Source: an uncultured Candidatus Saccharibacteria bacterium
GTDB lineage: Bacteria > Patescibacteriota > Doudnabacteria > UBA920
Direction of reading: 5' to 3'
Assembly: GCA_964505635.1 (NCBI GenBank)
Contig: CAZDIP010000001.1
Location: forward strand, 222,412 to 286,411
Length of the DNA: 64,000 nt
In this document: positions 38,385 through 48,381 of the stretch, in pieces
How positions within the stretch are numbered: position 1 is the first letter of the stretch
Layout: each line of letters starts with the position of its first letter
Made by a program: the position numbers and the translations under genes
Notes under the pieces: model-generated
What the model was told of the DNA's origin: nothing
Database searches by the model: none
What the model saw: the letters and a program-made list of their open reading frames with translations, nothing else

Positions 38385-39521
38385 ATGCAGCCGCTTGCCA
38401 ATAAAATCCGTCCCACATCACTGGATACTTACATTGGCCAGGAACATTTAGTGGGGGGAGGGAAACCTTTAAAGCTTGCTATAGAAAACAAGCATCTTTT
38501 TTCATTTATTTTGTGGGGACCTCCGGGGGTAGGTAAGACCACTTTGGCTAGAATATATGCTAAGGCGGTTAATGCGGAGTATCACGAACTTTCTGCGGTT
38601 TCAGCGGGCAAAGATGATATTAGAAAAATTGTGGAAAAACCGCCTATGCTGAGTCAGCCAAAGATTTTGTTTTTAGACGAAATCCACCGCTTCAACAAAG
38701 CCCAGCAGGATTTTTTACTACCCTTTGTGGAAAAAGGGGACTTGTATTTAATTGGCGCGACCACTGAAAACCCAAGCTTCGAAGTTATTCCGGCTCTGCT
38801 TTCCCGTTGCCGTGTGTTTGTGTTAAATGAGCTAAATGATGAAGAAATAAAAAAAGTCATAGAGTCCGCAAATCTAAAGATTAATAAACAATCAAAGGAA
38901 TGGCTTATTGCCATGGCAAATGGCGACGCCCGTCAGGCGCTGACAGTTATTGATAATTGCCAAGAGCTGTACGGCGAAATAAATTTAGACAATTTAAAAA
39001 ATACCCTTCAGTCTAAATTTCTGCGCTACGACAAGGCCGGGGAAGAACACCATAATACCATTAGCGCGTTTATAAAATCTATGCGCGCCAGCCAACCCGA
39101 CGCGGCGCTTTACTATTTGGCTCGTATGGTAGAGGCGGGGGAAGACCCTTTGTTTATAGCCAGGCGTATGGTGGTGTTTGCCTCAGAAGATATAGGCCTT
39201 ATTCAGCCAACGGCTTTGGTAGTGGCTAATGCGGTATTTGAAGCGTGTCAAAAAATTGGCTATCCCGAGTGCGCCATAAATTTAGCTCACGGCGCAGCCT
39301 ACCTGGCAAGCTGTAAAAAAGACCGCTCCAGTTACGAGGCTTATTTAAAAGCCTTAGATGATGTTAAACAATACGGCAACTTACCGGTACCTCTAAACAT
39401 AAGAAACGCGCCCACCAAGCTTATGAAGGAATTAGGTTATGGCAAGGGCTATGAAAAATACCCCGAAAACAATAATTATCTCCCCGAAAAACTTAAAGGG
39501 GAAAAATATTTAAAACCTTAA
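38385..39521 (+). CDS. rarA: Replication-associated recombination protein A (AAA+ ATPase)
   Basis: It has Walker [12 protein letters not shown], Walker B LFLDEIHR and the MgsA C-terminal domains. Confidence 0.85.
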   Translation: MQPLANKIRPTSLDTYIGQEHLVGGGKPLKLAIENKHLFSFILWGPPGVGKTTLARIYAKAVNAEYHELSAVSAGKDDIRKIVEKPPMLSQPKILFLDEIHRFNKAQQDFLLPFVEKGDLYLIGATTENPSFEVIPALLSRCRVFVLNELNDEEIKKVIESANLKINKQSKEWLIAMANGDARQALTVIDNCQELYGEINLDNLKNTLQSKFLRYDKAGEEHHNTISAFIKSMRASQPDAALYYLARMVEAGEDPLFIARRMVVFASEDIGLIQPTALVVANAVFEACQKIGYPECAINLAHGAAYLASCKKDRSSYEAYLKALDDVKQYGNLPVPLNIRNAPTKLMKELGYGKGYEKYPENNNYLPEKLKGEKYLKP

Positions 39522-39527
39522 GCTTAA

Positions 39528-39561
39528 TTCGACTGGACAATTCGCGCGAATTGTCCAGTCG
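39528..39561. terminator. Perfect 15-bp palindrome hairpin after rarA
   Basis: cgactggacaattcg-cg-cgaattgtccagtcg. It is the first of four consecutive strong hairpins in this convergent spacer. Confidence 0.55.
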
Positions 39562-39815
39562 AAAATCCATAAAATTAAAACGCCCGATTTATACTCTAGA
39601 CATAACGGGCGTTTTAATCAGGTTTACTCTGGATTCCGGCCTTCCGCCGGTTGGCGGAAGGCCGCGGGATGACATGTTGGCCTTGAATTACGAAACTCAA
39701 TATTGTTCGACTTTCCGCCAAAGGCGGACAGGTAAGGAGAATGATATCGAGTAATTAAGCCAAAATTTTAGATTCTCCACAAGTTCGAAAACTAAAATTT
39801 TTCTGTTTCGTGTAT

Positions 39816-41306
39816 TTAACCCCTAGGCTGACTTAAAGGCATTGGCTGGCCCGGGTCTATAACAGAGGGTTCTTTAATTAATTCTTTAATTAAAGGTACA
39901 ACAACCGAGGAGCGGTAAGAAGGAAAGTCAGTAGGTGCATCTAAAATAGGGAAGACTAAAGCCGGCACTAAAATTTCATAGCCCTCTTTACCCGGTTCAT
40001 TTTTCCACATTTTCATTAACTCTCTTTTGGGCGTGCCTAGTTTTAGTGTCGTCCCAGGCGCGGAATTTTCGTAATACGGGTAATAAATATTATTGCCGCC
40101 GGCTTCCGCGATTTTTAGAATTCTTTCCCAGTTAGTTTCAGCCGGATATTCGGAAGATTCGTAAACCTGGTTATAAAGTTCGTAAACCCCGGAAACTTTT
40201 TTTACTCTGGCATTTACGCTCACCATAAGCCCGCTTATGTTGCCTGACTGGTCGTAAGCGGTTTGGCCGTTTATAACAACCGGGTAAATAACCGTTAAGA
40301 CATCGGGTATCCAGGCTACAGATTTGTCCGGCGCAATTTGGTAATCCCTAAACCACTGTTTTTGCACCACAGATTTGCCGTAACCGCTTTTGTTAATGCC
40401 GTATTGGCTTAAGAAGCCATCGGCAATCGCAATTGTTTCTTCGTCGGAAGGTAGCTCGGAAATATTCAGTCGGTAGCGGTTATAGCAAGCTTCGTCCTGG
40501 CACATTCTGTCCGGTGTCTGCCATCTAAACCAATTTTCGTTTATATTAACACTACCTTCCTTAAAATTGAGGTTAACCATATACCCGAAATCCCTGTCCT
40601 CGGTTAAAGTCAGCATTTCTATATAAGGATTTTGCAAATTTTTAAGGTTAAATGCCGGTACAGAAAAATTCTTTACTATAGAAGCTAAATTTGGGTTTGA
40701 ACCAAAACCTTTTACGCGGCGCATAACTGCCAAATTCTCGTCCTCAAGTTCAACTTTTTCGCCCGCGTACGCAAATTTAAAATTATCGTACACCGGCAAA
40801 ATAGACATATCACCCCCGCCGCCGCTTTGCGGTCTGGCCTTTAAAGCTCCGTCAGATACGGCCGCTGTATTTTGCGCAAAACCGCCTCCGCCTCCTACGC
40901 CCCCTCCGCCCAGACCTTCACGCCCTCCGCCCGGGACTAATTCAGCCAATGAACCAAAAGCTAAAGGTTGTAATTTTGCACCTTTCTCTGCCGCGTACTC
41001 ATAACCGATATTTTTATTTTGTAAGTAGTTTACCCCGGCAATAACCGCTATAGCCAGTACGGCAAAAGCCGGTACTAAAAATTTAAAGCTAAAACGGCTG
41101 GTATTTGCCGCCCTTTCGCCAGAAAGCTGTTCGGCTTTAAGTAAAATTTTCCTGCGCAGAATTTCCGCGAAAATTGGGTCAAACTTTGTATCAGGTGCGC
41201 TTTTAAGCATTTGGCTTAACAGATCTTTTAATTCATTTTCATGTTTCATAAATTCAGAATCGTAATTATACAATTCCTGTAAGATTTGATTAACTTTCTC
41301 GTTCAT
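39816..41306 (-). CDS. Putative anti-sigma factor (single TM, large extracytoplasmic domain, Gly-rich linker)
   Basis: It lies immediately downstream of an ECF sigma gene. It has an N-terminal cytoplasmic segment of about 70 aa, then a TM helix, then a GGGREGLGGGGVGGGGG linker. Confidence 0.45.
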   Translation of the reverse strand: MNEKVNQILQELYNYDSEFMKHENELKDLLSQMLKSAPDTKFDPIFAEILRRKILLKAEQLSGERAANTSRFSFKFLVPAFAVLAIAVIAGVNYLQNKNIGYEYAAEKGAKLQPLAFGSLAELVPGGGREGLGGGGVGGGGGFAQNTAAVSDGALKARPQSGGGGDMSILPVYDNFKFAYAGEKVELEDENLAVMRRVKGFGSNPNLASIVKNFSVPAFNLKNLQNPYIEMLTLTEDRDFGYMVNLNFKEGSVNINENWFRWQTPDRMCQDEACYNRYRLNISELPSDEETIAIADGFLSQYGINKSGYGKSVVQKQWFRDYQIAPDKSVAWIPDVLTVIYPVVINGQTAYDQSGNISGLMVSVNARVKKVSGVYELYNQVYESSEYPAETNWERILKIAEAGGNNIYYPYYENSAPGTTLKLGTPKRELMKMWKNEPGKEGYEILVPALVFPILDAPTDFPSYRSSVVVPLIKELIKEPSVIDPGQPMPLSQPRG

Positions 41307-41443
41307 AAAATTATTTAGTTATTTTGAATTATAAAACCTATGACTTCTTGATTTTAACCACTCCGAACGGAGTGAGGAGTCTCTTGCAAAAGCAATTCTT
41401 CGCTTCGCTCTGAATGGTTTTATGATTCAATTTAAATTAATAT

Positions 41444-42010
41444 TTAGGTTATCGGTTTTACTAGCAACAAATAAAGTAAAGCCATGGGCACTTTAGACTG
41501 TAAAAATTTTAAACTTCGACCAAACTGCATTTTACTCGCCGCTTCGCTCTTGCCCAAAATTTCGGCAATTTCCTTAAAGCTTAAGCCGTCCCACACACGC
41601 ATTATAATTAAATCCCTTTGTTCGCTGTCTAACGTGTCGAGCAATTTTTGCACCTTTTCCATTTCCATTTTAATACCAACCTCTTTGGAAATATTTTGGG
41701 AAGACGGATGACCTAACGCATCATCAATAGGGGATTGGTCCTTATTGGAGCGAAAATGATCAAATAGGGTGTTTCTGGCAATGGTGTAAAGCCAGGTGTT
41801 AAAAGCGCTTTTTTTTGGATTATAGCTTTGAATTCTTTCCAAAGCCTTCATAAACACCACGCTTGTTAAGTCTTCGACGGTTTGCTTATGCTGGGTGCGA
41901 TAATAAAGAAAGTCATAAATTTTCTTTACATAAGCGTCATAAATAACCTCAAATTGCCCTAACTGCCCCTTTTGGCAGCTAATAATTGCCTCATTTATAC
42001 TGGAATTCAT
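41444..42010 (-). CDS. ECF-type RNA polymerase sigma factor
   Basis: It has sigma70 region 2 (VEDLTSVVFMKALERI...FNTWLYTIARN) and a region 4 HTH (LSFKEIAEILGKSEAASKMQFGRSLK). Confidence 0.8.
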   Translation of the reverse strand: MNSSINEAIISCQKGQLGQFEVIYDAYVKKIYDFLYYRTQHKQTVEDLTSVVFMKALERIQSYNPKKSAFNTWLYTIARNTLFDHFRSNKDQSPIDDALGHPSSQNISKEVGIKMEMEKVQKLLDTLDSEQRDLIIMRVWDGLSFKEIAEILGKSEAASKMQFGRSLKFLQSKVPMALLYLLLVKPIT

Positions 42011-42126
42011 ATTTTTTTAGACTTATAATCTTGCAAGTATTATAGCTCATTTTCTTGTGTTAACAGTAATTTATACGCTAAAATTAGTAAAAAGTAACAT
42101 TTTTATTAGCATCCGTTTAGAGCCAT

Positions 42127-42600
42127 ATGAATGAGGTTTTAAAATTTCTTGCCATAAATAAAATTAGCTACAAGCTTTTTGAACACCAAGCGGTATTCAC
42201 CAATGAAGAATCGGGTAAAATAAATATTCCAGAAGTTAAAGACAATGCCAAAAACTTATTTTTACGCAACAACAATAAAACCCAATATTATCTGGTAACC
42301 TTAAGGCACAATAAGCGCGCGGACTTAAAAAATTTTGCCTTAAAATTGGGCGAGAAAAAATTAAGTTTTGGCTCGCCCGAGGACTTAAGAAACATTTTAG
42401 GCCTTACTCCCGGCTCGGTTTCCCCTTTTGGGCTTTTAAATGATCGGAAAAAGCGCGTTAAATTTTATTTTGATAAAGACTTTTTTGAAAAAGAAAAAAT
42501 TTGCGTACATCCTAACATAAACACCGGGACTATTATACTTAATATAGCTGATTTTAATAAAATAATTGAGATTTTGGGATATGAGATTTATGAATTTTAA
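42127..42600 (+). CDS. YbaK/ProX-family aminoacyl-tRNA trans-editing deacylase
   Basis: A single-domain protein of about 157 aa with the YbaK-like conserved segments NLFL...HPNINT. Confidence 0.6.
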   Translation: MNEVLKFLAINKISYKLFEHQAVFTNEESGKINIPEVKDNAKNLFLRNNNKTQYYLVTLRHNKRADLKNFALKLGEKKLSFGSPEDLRNILGLTPGSVSPFGLLNDRKKRVKFYFDKDFFEKEKICVHPNINTGTIILNIADFNKIIEILGYEIYEF

Positions 42601-43618
42601 AAATAAAAAAATTTTGTTTAGTCTGCTTGCGAGCTTACTTTTAGCCGCTTCCTGCGCAAATGATAGTGAACCGGTTAATAAGGAAAACCTGGAAATAAAA
42701 TCGGATATTTTAGAGACCAAACAGGAACAGTTAAAAACTGTTAATATGGTTTCTCTGGAATTTTTAATGTCAAAAACCTTTGACGGCAGGGATTTAACTT
42801 TGGGCGAAGTTTTAAGCGACAATCAATATTACACCCGCTATTATATAACTTACAAAAGCGGGGAGCTGACCATTTCCGGCATAATGAATGTGCCAAAAGG
42901 CACGCCTCCAAAAGGAGGCTGGCCAATTTTGTTTTTAAACCACGGGCATATAGATACAAAAATCTACACAAACGGTCGCGGCCTTAAGCGCGAGCAGGAC
43001 TATTTGGCAAAACAAGGGTTTGCGGTACTTCACAGCGACTACAGAAACCACGCCCAAAGCGACAAAGACCCTAACGAAGAATACAACTTTAGGCTTGGCT
43101 ATACCGAAGACGTAATTAACGCGGTTTTGGCGGTTAAAAACAGCACCCTAGAAAACATCAACAAAGAAAAAATCGGGATGCTCGGCCATAGCATGGGTGG
43201 AGGGATAACTCAAAATATTTTAGTAACAAAACCCGGCTTAATAAAAGCCGCCGTACTTTACGCGCCGGTTAGCGGCAAAGCGGCCGACAGTTTCGAGCGC
43301 TGGACAGTAAAAAGGCCGGAAATTGCCCAAACCATAAAAGAAAAATATGAGGCACCGGAGGAAAACCCCGAATTTTGGGAAAAAATTTCCGCCGAAACTT
43401 ATTTTAAAAATATAACCGAACCTATGTTATATTTTCACGGAACTTCCGACAAAGACGTACCCATTGAATGGAGCCAAAAAACGGTTAGTTTGCTGGAGTC
43501 TTTGAAAAAAAATGTTAAGCTGGTAAAATATCAAAATCAGCCCCACGAATTTACCCCGCCAACTTGGAATGATTTTATGGAAAAAACTGCTAATTTTTTT
43601 AAAAATAATTTAAACTAA
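42590..43618 (+). CDS. Secreted lipoprotein alpha/beta hydrolase (S9/dienelactone hydrolase-like)
   Basis: It has lipobox LLAASC, the nucleophile elbow GHSMGG and a C-terminal Asp/His. The start is taken at the internal Met. Confidence 0.65.
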   Translation: MNFKNKKILFSLLASLLLAASCANDSEPVNKENLEIKSDILETKQEQLKTVNMVSLEFLMSKTFDGRDLTLGEVLSDNQYYTRYYITYKSGELTISGIMNVPKGTPPKGGWPILFLNHGHIDTKIYTNGRGLKREQDYLAKQGFAVLHSDYRNHAQSDKDPNEEYNFRLGYTEDVINAVLAVKNSTLENINKEKIGMLGHSMGGGITQNILVTKPGLIKAAVLYAPVSGKAADSFERWTVKRPEIAQTIKEKYEAPEENPEFWEKISAETYFKNITEPMLYFHGTSDKDVPIEWSQKTVSLLESLKKNVKLVKYQNQPHEFTPPTWNDFMEKTANFFKNNLN

Positions 43619-43634
43619 TTCTTAAACCAATATT

Positions 43635-45050
43635 ATGGAAATGGAAAACCAAGTATTAATTAATAAACCATCTAAGTTATGGCTGCTAGCGTTATTACTG
43701 CCCGCTCTGGCTATATATTTTATTTTTTACTCAAACTCAAACAAACCTTTGGGATATTTAAGCAGCGACATAAAGCTTAATGCCTACATTAAGTCAGGAA
43801 AATTAGCCGGCGTAGCGGCAACTATACCTTTCATAAAATCGGCCAGCGAAAATTACTACTTAAGCTTGGCAGTAGACTTAAGCCGAAACGACAAATTTTC
43901 GCCTGAAGAATGGGTGATAAAAAATATCCCCGTAAAACCTCAGAAAGATTGGTTTTCCAACCTGGCTTTTAAAACCAACGCTGAGCTAAAAAGCCCTCAA
44001 AAAGTCAGGGTGGTTTTAAGTAAAAAGCTAATTTCCGACAATTCCTATAACGAATTTATAAAGGGAGATGACGCGGTGGAAACAAATGTCTCGATGACTG
44101 AGCAACCACTTGATGAAATTTTTGGCAGTGAAAATACAAACTTGCCGGAAGAGTCAATGAAACAGGGGACAGGGGATTTAAGCCCCCAAAATGCCCAGTC
44201 GGCATTAAGTTCGGTGCCGGATTTTAGGCAAAGACCGGCTGAATGCGCGCCAACTGTGGCGGCAAACGGCCTTTACAGCCTGGCTTTTAAGAACGGCGCG
44301 GCAGACAAGCTACCCCAAAACCCCCAGGACATGATAGACGGGCTGAAAGAGGACTTAAAGTGGACTTTTAAAAACGGGGTTTTGCCGGACGATTTTGTAG
44401 CCGGCAAAAACAAATACGCTGTAACCCACGGCCTGCCCATTAAGACTGAAAAAATTGGCGACAAAGATGGCCGGGGGACTTTGGAGGACATAAAAAAGGC
44501 TTTACAAAACCAGGCGGCCGTGGAAATGCGCATAAGATTCGCGGACGAAAATTTAAAAGCTGTCGGCGGCCATATAGTTTCCATAGTCTCAGTCAGGGAA
44601 GTAAACAGGAACACTTTTATTGACATCCACGACCCGGCCAGTCCCACAGGCACGGATACTTACGAAGTTTCGGCCAATGAAATTTTAAATTACCCATACC
44701 ACGACGGAAGTACGGTTATAGGCTGGGGCTTTTCCCAAGTATGGGAAGGCGCGCCTATGGGCGGGCAGTTAGAGCCAATGACAGAAGCAGAATTGCGCGC
44801 GATACGCGAATTTGCCGGAGAGAAAAAAACCATTAAGGCGCTTAACGTAAACGGCAAATATATCCCTTTAACCGAGGTAAGGATAGGCAAGGGCGAACAC
44901 TGCGACGGGCCAAAAGAGCAGTATCCTCACTGGCACTCTACAAACGGGATCGGCGTGACTGCCACTGACGGTACCAAACTGCCTGACAACGACGGCTGCG
45001 GCTATGGTAAAGAAAAGGACGTGCCGGTGGTAGACGTACAAGTCCCTTAA
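43635..45050 (+). CDS. Hypothetical secreted/membrane-anchored protein
   Basis: It has an N-terminal TM helix and no recognised domain. Confidence 0.4.
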   Translation: MEMENQVLINKPSKLWLLALLLPALAIYFIFYSNSNKPLGYLSSDIKLNAYIKSGKLAGVAATIPFIKSASENYYLSLAVDLSRNDKFSPEEWVIKNIPVKPQKDWFSNLAFKTNAELKSPQKVRVVLSKKLISDNSYNEFIKGDDAVETNVSMTEQPLDEIFGSENTNLPEESMKQGTGDLSPQNAQSALSSVPDFRQRPAECAPTVAANGLYSLAFKNGAADKLPQNPQDMIDGLKEDLKWTFKNGVLPDDFVAGKNKYAVTHGLPIKTEKIGDKDGRGTLEDIKKALQNQAAVEMRIRFADENLKAVGGHIVSIVSVREVNRNTFIDIHDPASPTGTDTYEVSANEILNYPYHDGSTVIGWGFSQVWEGAPMGGQLEPMTEAELRAIREFAGEKKTIKALNVNGKYIPLTEVRIGKGEHCDGPKEQYPHWHSTNGIGVTATDGTKLPDNDGCGYGKEKDVPVVDVQVP

Positions 45051-45059
45051 AGTCCAGTT

Positions 45060-46088
45060 ATGAAAAAATTAAAAAAGCTATTGGAAACCTTTAACTATCA
45101 ATTACCAAAACAGTTAATTGCCCAAAAACCGACTGACCCACGCGACAGCGCAAGGCTTTTGGTATATAACAGATCGCTAAATACAATACAGTTCGATACT
45201 TTTTTTAACCTGCATAAATATTTACCAAAGGGTGCGGTTTTGGTATTTAACCAAACCAGAGTAATACCGGCCCGCTTGCCTTTATACAAACAAACCGGGG
45301 GCAGGGTAGACACTCTATATATAGGTCATGATAAAAAATACCTAAAAGTTTTAGCCAACAAAAATTTACCCATTAAAACAAAACTTCACATAGCTCGCGG
45401 CCGCGAGCTATGTGAAGTGGTAAAAAAACATAAAGGCACTTATTTCCTAAAGCCGAGTTTAAAAATTTCTGATTTTAAGATTATAATTTCTAAATATGGG
45501 CTTACCCCGCTGCCGCCGTATATAAAAAACTCACCCTTAACGGAAAAACAAAGGCGTAGCGCTTACCAAACAATGTTTGCTAAATCAGGGGCGTCTGTAG
45601 CAGCCCCGACTGCCAGCCTGCACTTCACTCCCAGAGTAGTTAAAAAACTTAAACAAGCAAAAATTGACCTTAAATTCGTAAGGCTGGACGTTAATTTAGG
45701 AACTTTCGCGCCGCTTAAAGAAAGCCAAATAAAAAACAAAAAACTTCATTCAGAAAACTATTTTATAGACTTAAAAACCGCAAAATTTATTACAAAGGCA
45801 AAAAAGCAGGGACGGCCTATAATTGCGGCAGGTACGACTGTAGCCAGAACTTTGGAAACCTACACTTTAAACAAACAACTTTCCGGCTCAACAGAACTTT
45901 TCATTCGTCCTCCTTACCAATTTAAAATAGTTGACGGGCTTATAACCAATTTTCATGTACCCCAAAGCAGCTTACTAATGTTAGTCGGAGCATTAATAGG
46001 AAAAGATAAACTACTGGAAATTTATGGGTTGGCAATAAAAAATAGATTTAGATTTTTTTCTTTTGGTGATGGTATGTTAATAATTTAA
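45060..46088 (+). CDS. queA: S-adenosylmethionine:tRNA ribosyltransferase-isomerase
   Basis: It shows full-length QueA similarity (VFNQTRVIPARL, LPPYI, AAPTASLHF, TNFHVPQSSLLML, FFSFGDGMLI). Confidence 0.85.
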   Translation: MKKLKKLLETFNYQLPKQLIAQKPTDPRDSARLLVYNRSLNTIQFDTFFNLHKYLPKGAVLVFNQTRVIPARLPLYKQTGGRVDTLYIGHDKKYLKVLANKNLPIKTKLHIARGRELCEVVKKHKGTYFLKPSLKISDFKIIISKYGLTPLPPYIKNSPLTEKQRRSAYQTMFAKSGASVAAPTASLHFTPRVVKKLKQAKIDLKFVRLDVNLGTFAPLKESQIKNKKLHSENYFIDLKTAKFITKAKKQGRPIIAAGTTVARTLETYTLNKQLSGSTELFIRPPYQFKIVDGLITNFHVPQSSLLMLVGALIGKDKLLEIYGLAIKNRFRFFSFGDGMLII

Positions 46089-46276
46089 GCTTAAATAAGC
46101 CAAAAAGTACGCTGTTTTACACAATTTAAACTAAATTATTAAAAACCCTTGACACTTTATAAAAAAAGCCTTGATTTTATTGGGTTTTTTGTTAAAATAA
46201 AACTAGATTTAAATAAAACAACTAATTTATCCCATTTGACCAAGTCGTTAAATTGGGGGAAAAAGGAAACCAAACA

Positions 46277-46549
46277 ATGACCAAGTCAGAAATTTTGCAA
46301 GGTTTAGCCGACAAATTAGGCAAAACCCGCAAAGAAGTCAGTGAATTTATGGACGCCATGGTAGATATGGCTTATACAGTAACCAAGAAAGAAGGCGAAT
46401 TTACCATCCCCGGCTTAGGCAAACTCTTAAAAAAACACCGCCTGGCTAGAATGGGTCGCAATCCTGCAACAGGCCAGCAAATCCAAATTCCCGCTAAGAC
46501 TGTCATTAAATTTAGAGTACTTAAGGCTGCCAAAGACGCCATATTATAA
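46277..46549 (+). CDS. hup: DNA-binding protein HU
   Basis: It has MTKSEIL... and the arm GRNPATGQQIQIPAKTV. A hairpin plus T-run terminator follows at 46565-46600. Confidence 0.85.
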   Translation: MTKSEILQGLADKLGKTRKEVSEFMDAMVDMAYTVTKKEGEFTIPGLGKLLKKHRLARMGRNPATGQQIQIPAKTVIKFRVLKAAKDAIL

Positions 46550-46644
46550 TATATAGCTTTTTGCAAAACCCTGTCCCAATTTATCGGGACAGGGTTTTTT
46601 GTGGTATAATGAATTACGACAGAAAACAAAAATGAAAAAATATC

Positions 46645-47085
46645 ATGAAAACAACTTTAAAAAAACTGCAATTGGAAACTAAAAAGCAGTTTGAGTTGGT
46701 TGATTTAACTTCCCACATTCAAATTGAGGTGGTTGAATCTGGTATTAACAACGGTATAGTGACCGTTTTTTCACCGCATACCACCGCTGGTATTAGGCTT
46801 AACCATAACGAACCGCTTTTAATTCAAGATTTCATGAAAACCCTTTACAGACTGGTGCCGGTTGACGTCAGCTATAGCCATGACTTGTTTGAGGTTAGAC
46901 AAAACGTCGCAGCCAACGAAAGAAGCAACGGACACGCTCATGTAAAAACTTTTTTAATAGGCAGCTCAGAAAGCTTGATCATTGACAAGGGCCATATTCT
47001 TCTCGGACAAAAACAAAGTATATTTTTTGTAGAAATGGACGGGGGCAGGGACAGGGAAGTATATATACGGCTTTTAGGAATATAA
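46645..47085 (+). CDS. YjbQ/UPF0047-family protein
   Basis: It has the HTTAGI motif and matches the family in length. A terminator follows at 47093-47121. Confidence 0.55.
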   Translation: MKTTLKKLQLETKKQFELVDLTSHIQIEVVESGINNGIVTVFSPHTTAGIRLNHNEPLLIQDFMKTLYRLVPVDVSYSHDLFEVRQNVAANERSNGHAHVKTFLIGSSESLIIDKGHILLGQKQSIFFVEMDGGRDREVYIRLLGI

Positions 47086-47149
47086 ATTTTTTAAACAGAG
47101 CGCTAAGGCTCTGTTTTTTTGTGTCATTTTTTCTGCTATTATATATACT

Positions 47150-48001
47150 ATGCGAAAAAAGATTATAATTTTACTTTTTATAATCCTGGCAATTTTTTTA
47201 ACTGCTAGGCTAAATAAATATTTAATCCAAAAGCGGGCTAGACAAGAGGCTTATAATGCGGCTTTAAATAAAAAAGCTGAGGAAATTTCGCTAAAATTTC
47301 TGGAAGGGTGGAATAATACAGATATGGCTGAATATTTGGAACAGCAGGGTGTTTTAAAAAAAGACGAATTTTTAAAAAGCATCAGAGATTTTAACAACCT
47401 CAGCGATTGGGCTTTTTTACCAAAACAGGCGCAAGGCAATTTACAAGGTTTCCTATACCCCGATACCTACCGTTTTTTTAAAAATATTACCGACCGCTCG
47501 CAAACAACCGCCCAGGAAGCAGGAGAGGACGTAATAAAAAAACTTTTAAATAATTTTAAGGCAAAACTTCCGTCTAATGCCGAAATTAAAGCCAAAGAAC
47601 AGGGTTTAAGCCTTTACCAAGCCGTTATTTTGGCCTCCATTGTGGAAAAAGAAGCGAATAATTTCCCTAACGAAAAAGCCACCATTGCCGGAATATTTTA
47701 TAACAGGCTTAATATTGGCATGCCGCTGCAAAGCGACGCGACCGTAAATTATGCGACAGGCAAAAGCGAAGCCAGTCCCAGTTTGGTTGATTTAGAAATA
47801 AATTCGCCGTATAATACTTATAAGCACAAGGGTCTGCCGCCAACACCCATTTGCAACCCTTCCACAGCCTCTATAAACGCGGTTCTAAATCCTATTGATT
47901 CAGAATTTTTATATTATCTCCACGACCAAAAAACCGGCGAGCCGTATTACGCCCAAACCCACGAAGAGCATATACAAAATAAGTTTAAATATTTAAAATA
48001 A
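47150..48001 (+). CDS. mltG: Endolytic murein transglycosylase MltG/YceG family
   Basis: It has an N-terminal TM helix and the YceG-like catalytic region (LQSDATVNYA...YNTYKHKGLPPTPICNPS). Confidence 0.7.
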   Translation: MRKKIIILLFIILAIFLTARLNKYLIQKRARQEAYNAALNKKAEEISLKFLEGWNNTDMAEYLEQQGVLKKDEFLKSIRDFNNLSDWAFLPKQAQGNLQGFLYPDTYRFFKNITDRSQTTAQEAGEDVIKKLLNNFKAKLPSNAEIKAKEQGLSLYQAVILASIVEKEANNFPNEKATIAGIFYNRLNIGMPLQSDATVNYATGKSEASPSLVDLEINSPYNTYKHKGLPPTPICNPSTASINAVLNPIDSEFLYYLHDQKTGEPYYAQTHEEHIQNKFKYLK

Positions 48002-48006
48002 ATTAT

Positions 48007-48381
48007 ATGAACAGGGAAAAAGAAACAGGCTTTGTTAACGATTGTGAATTTTTTTTTGAATTTCCTAACGCGCAAATTAAAGCAAGCGCGGAAGACTTCC
48101 TTAAAAATCAGCTTAAACAAAGTATAGAAACTTTAGCTCATGGGGTAGATAATCACCAAGATATAATATTACATGCTTCAAACGTGGTCATACAACAAGA
48201 CCCAAAAAGGCCTGAGGGTTTAAAAATTGCTTTTAGAGTTAAACCAAACCACCTTAATCCTAAACAGCTCGAAAGCACATTGCTTGATATGCTTCATTCC
48301 CAAGGCTTTGAACTAAACAAGCTTAGCGGAACGGAAGAAACCTACGAAGTTGTTAACGGTGAAATCACAAACCTAAATTAG
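48007..48381 (+). CDS. Hypothetical protein
   Basis: A 124-aa ORF with no motifs. Confidence 0.35.
   Translation: MNREKETGFVNDCEFFFEFPNAQIKASAEDFLKNQLKQSIETLAHGVDNHQDIILHASNVVIQQDPKRPEGLKIAFRVKPNHLNPKQLESTLLDMLHSQGFELNKLSGTEETYEVVNGEITNLN

Noticed and set aside
39551-39754. 67-aa ORF in the rarA downstream spacer
   Set aside because: It lies entirely within a run of GC-rich palindromic hairpins. The Pro/Gly/Arg-rich translation is typical of reading through stem-loops, and there is no RBS.
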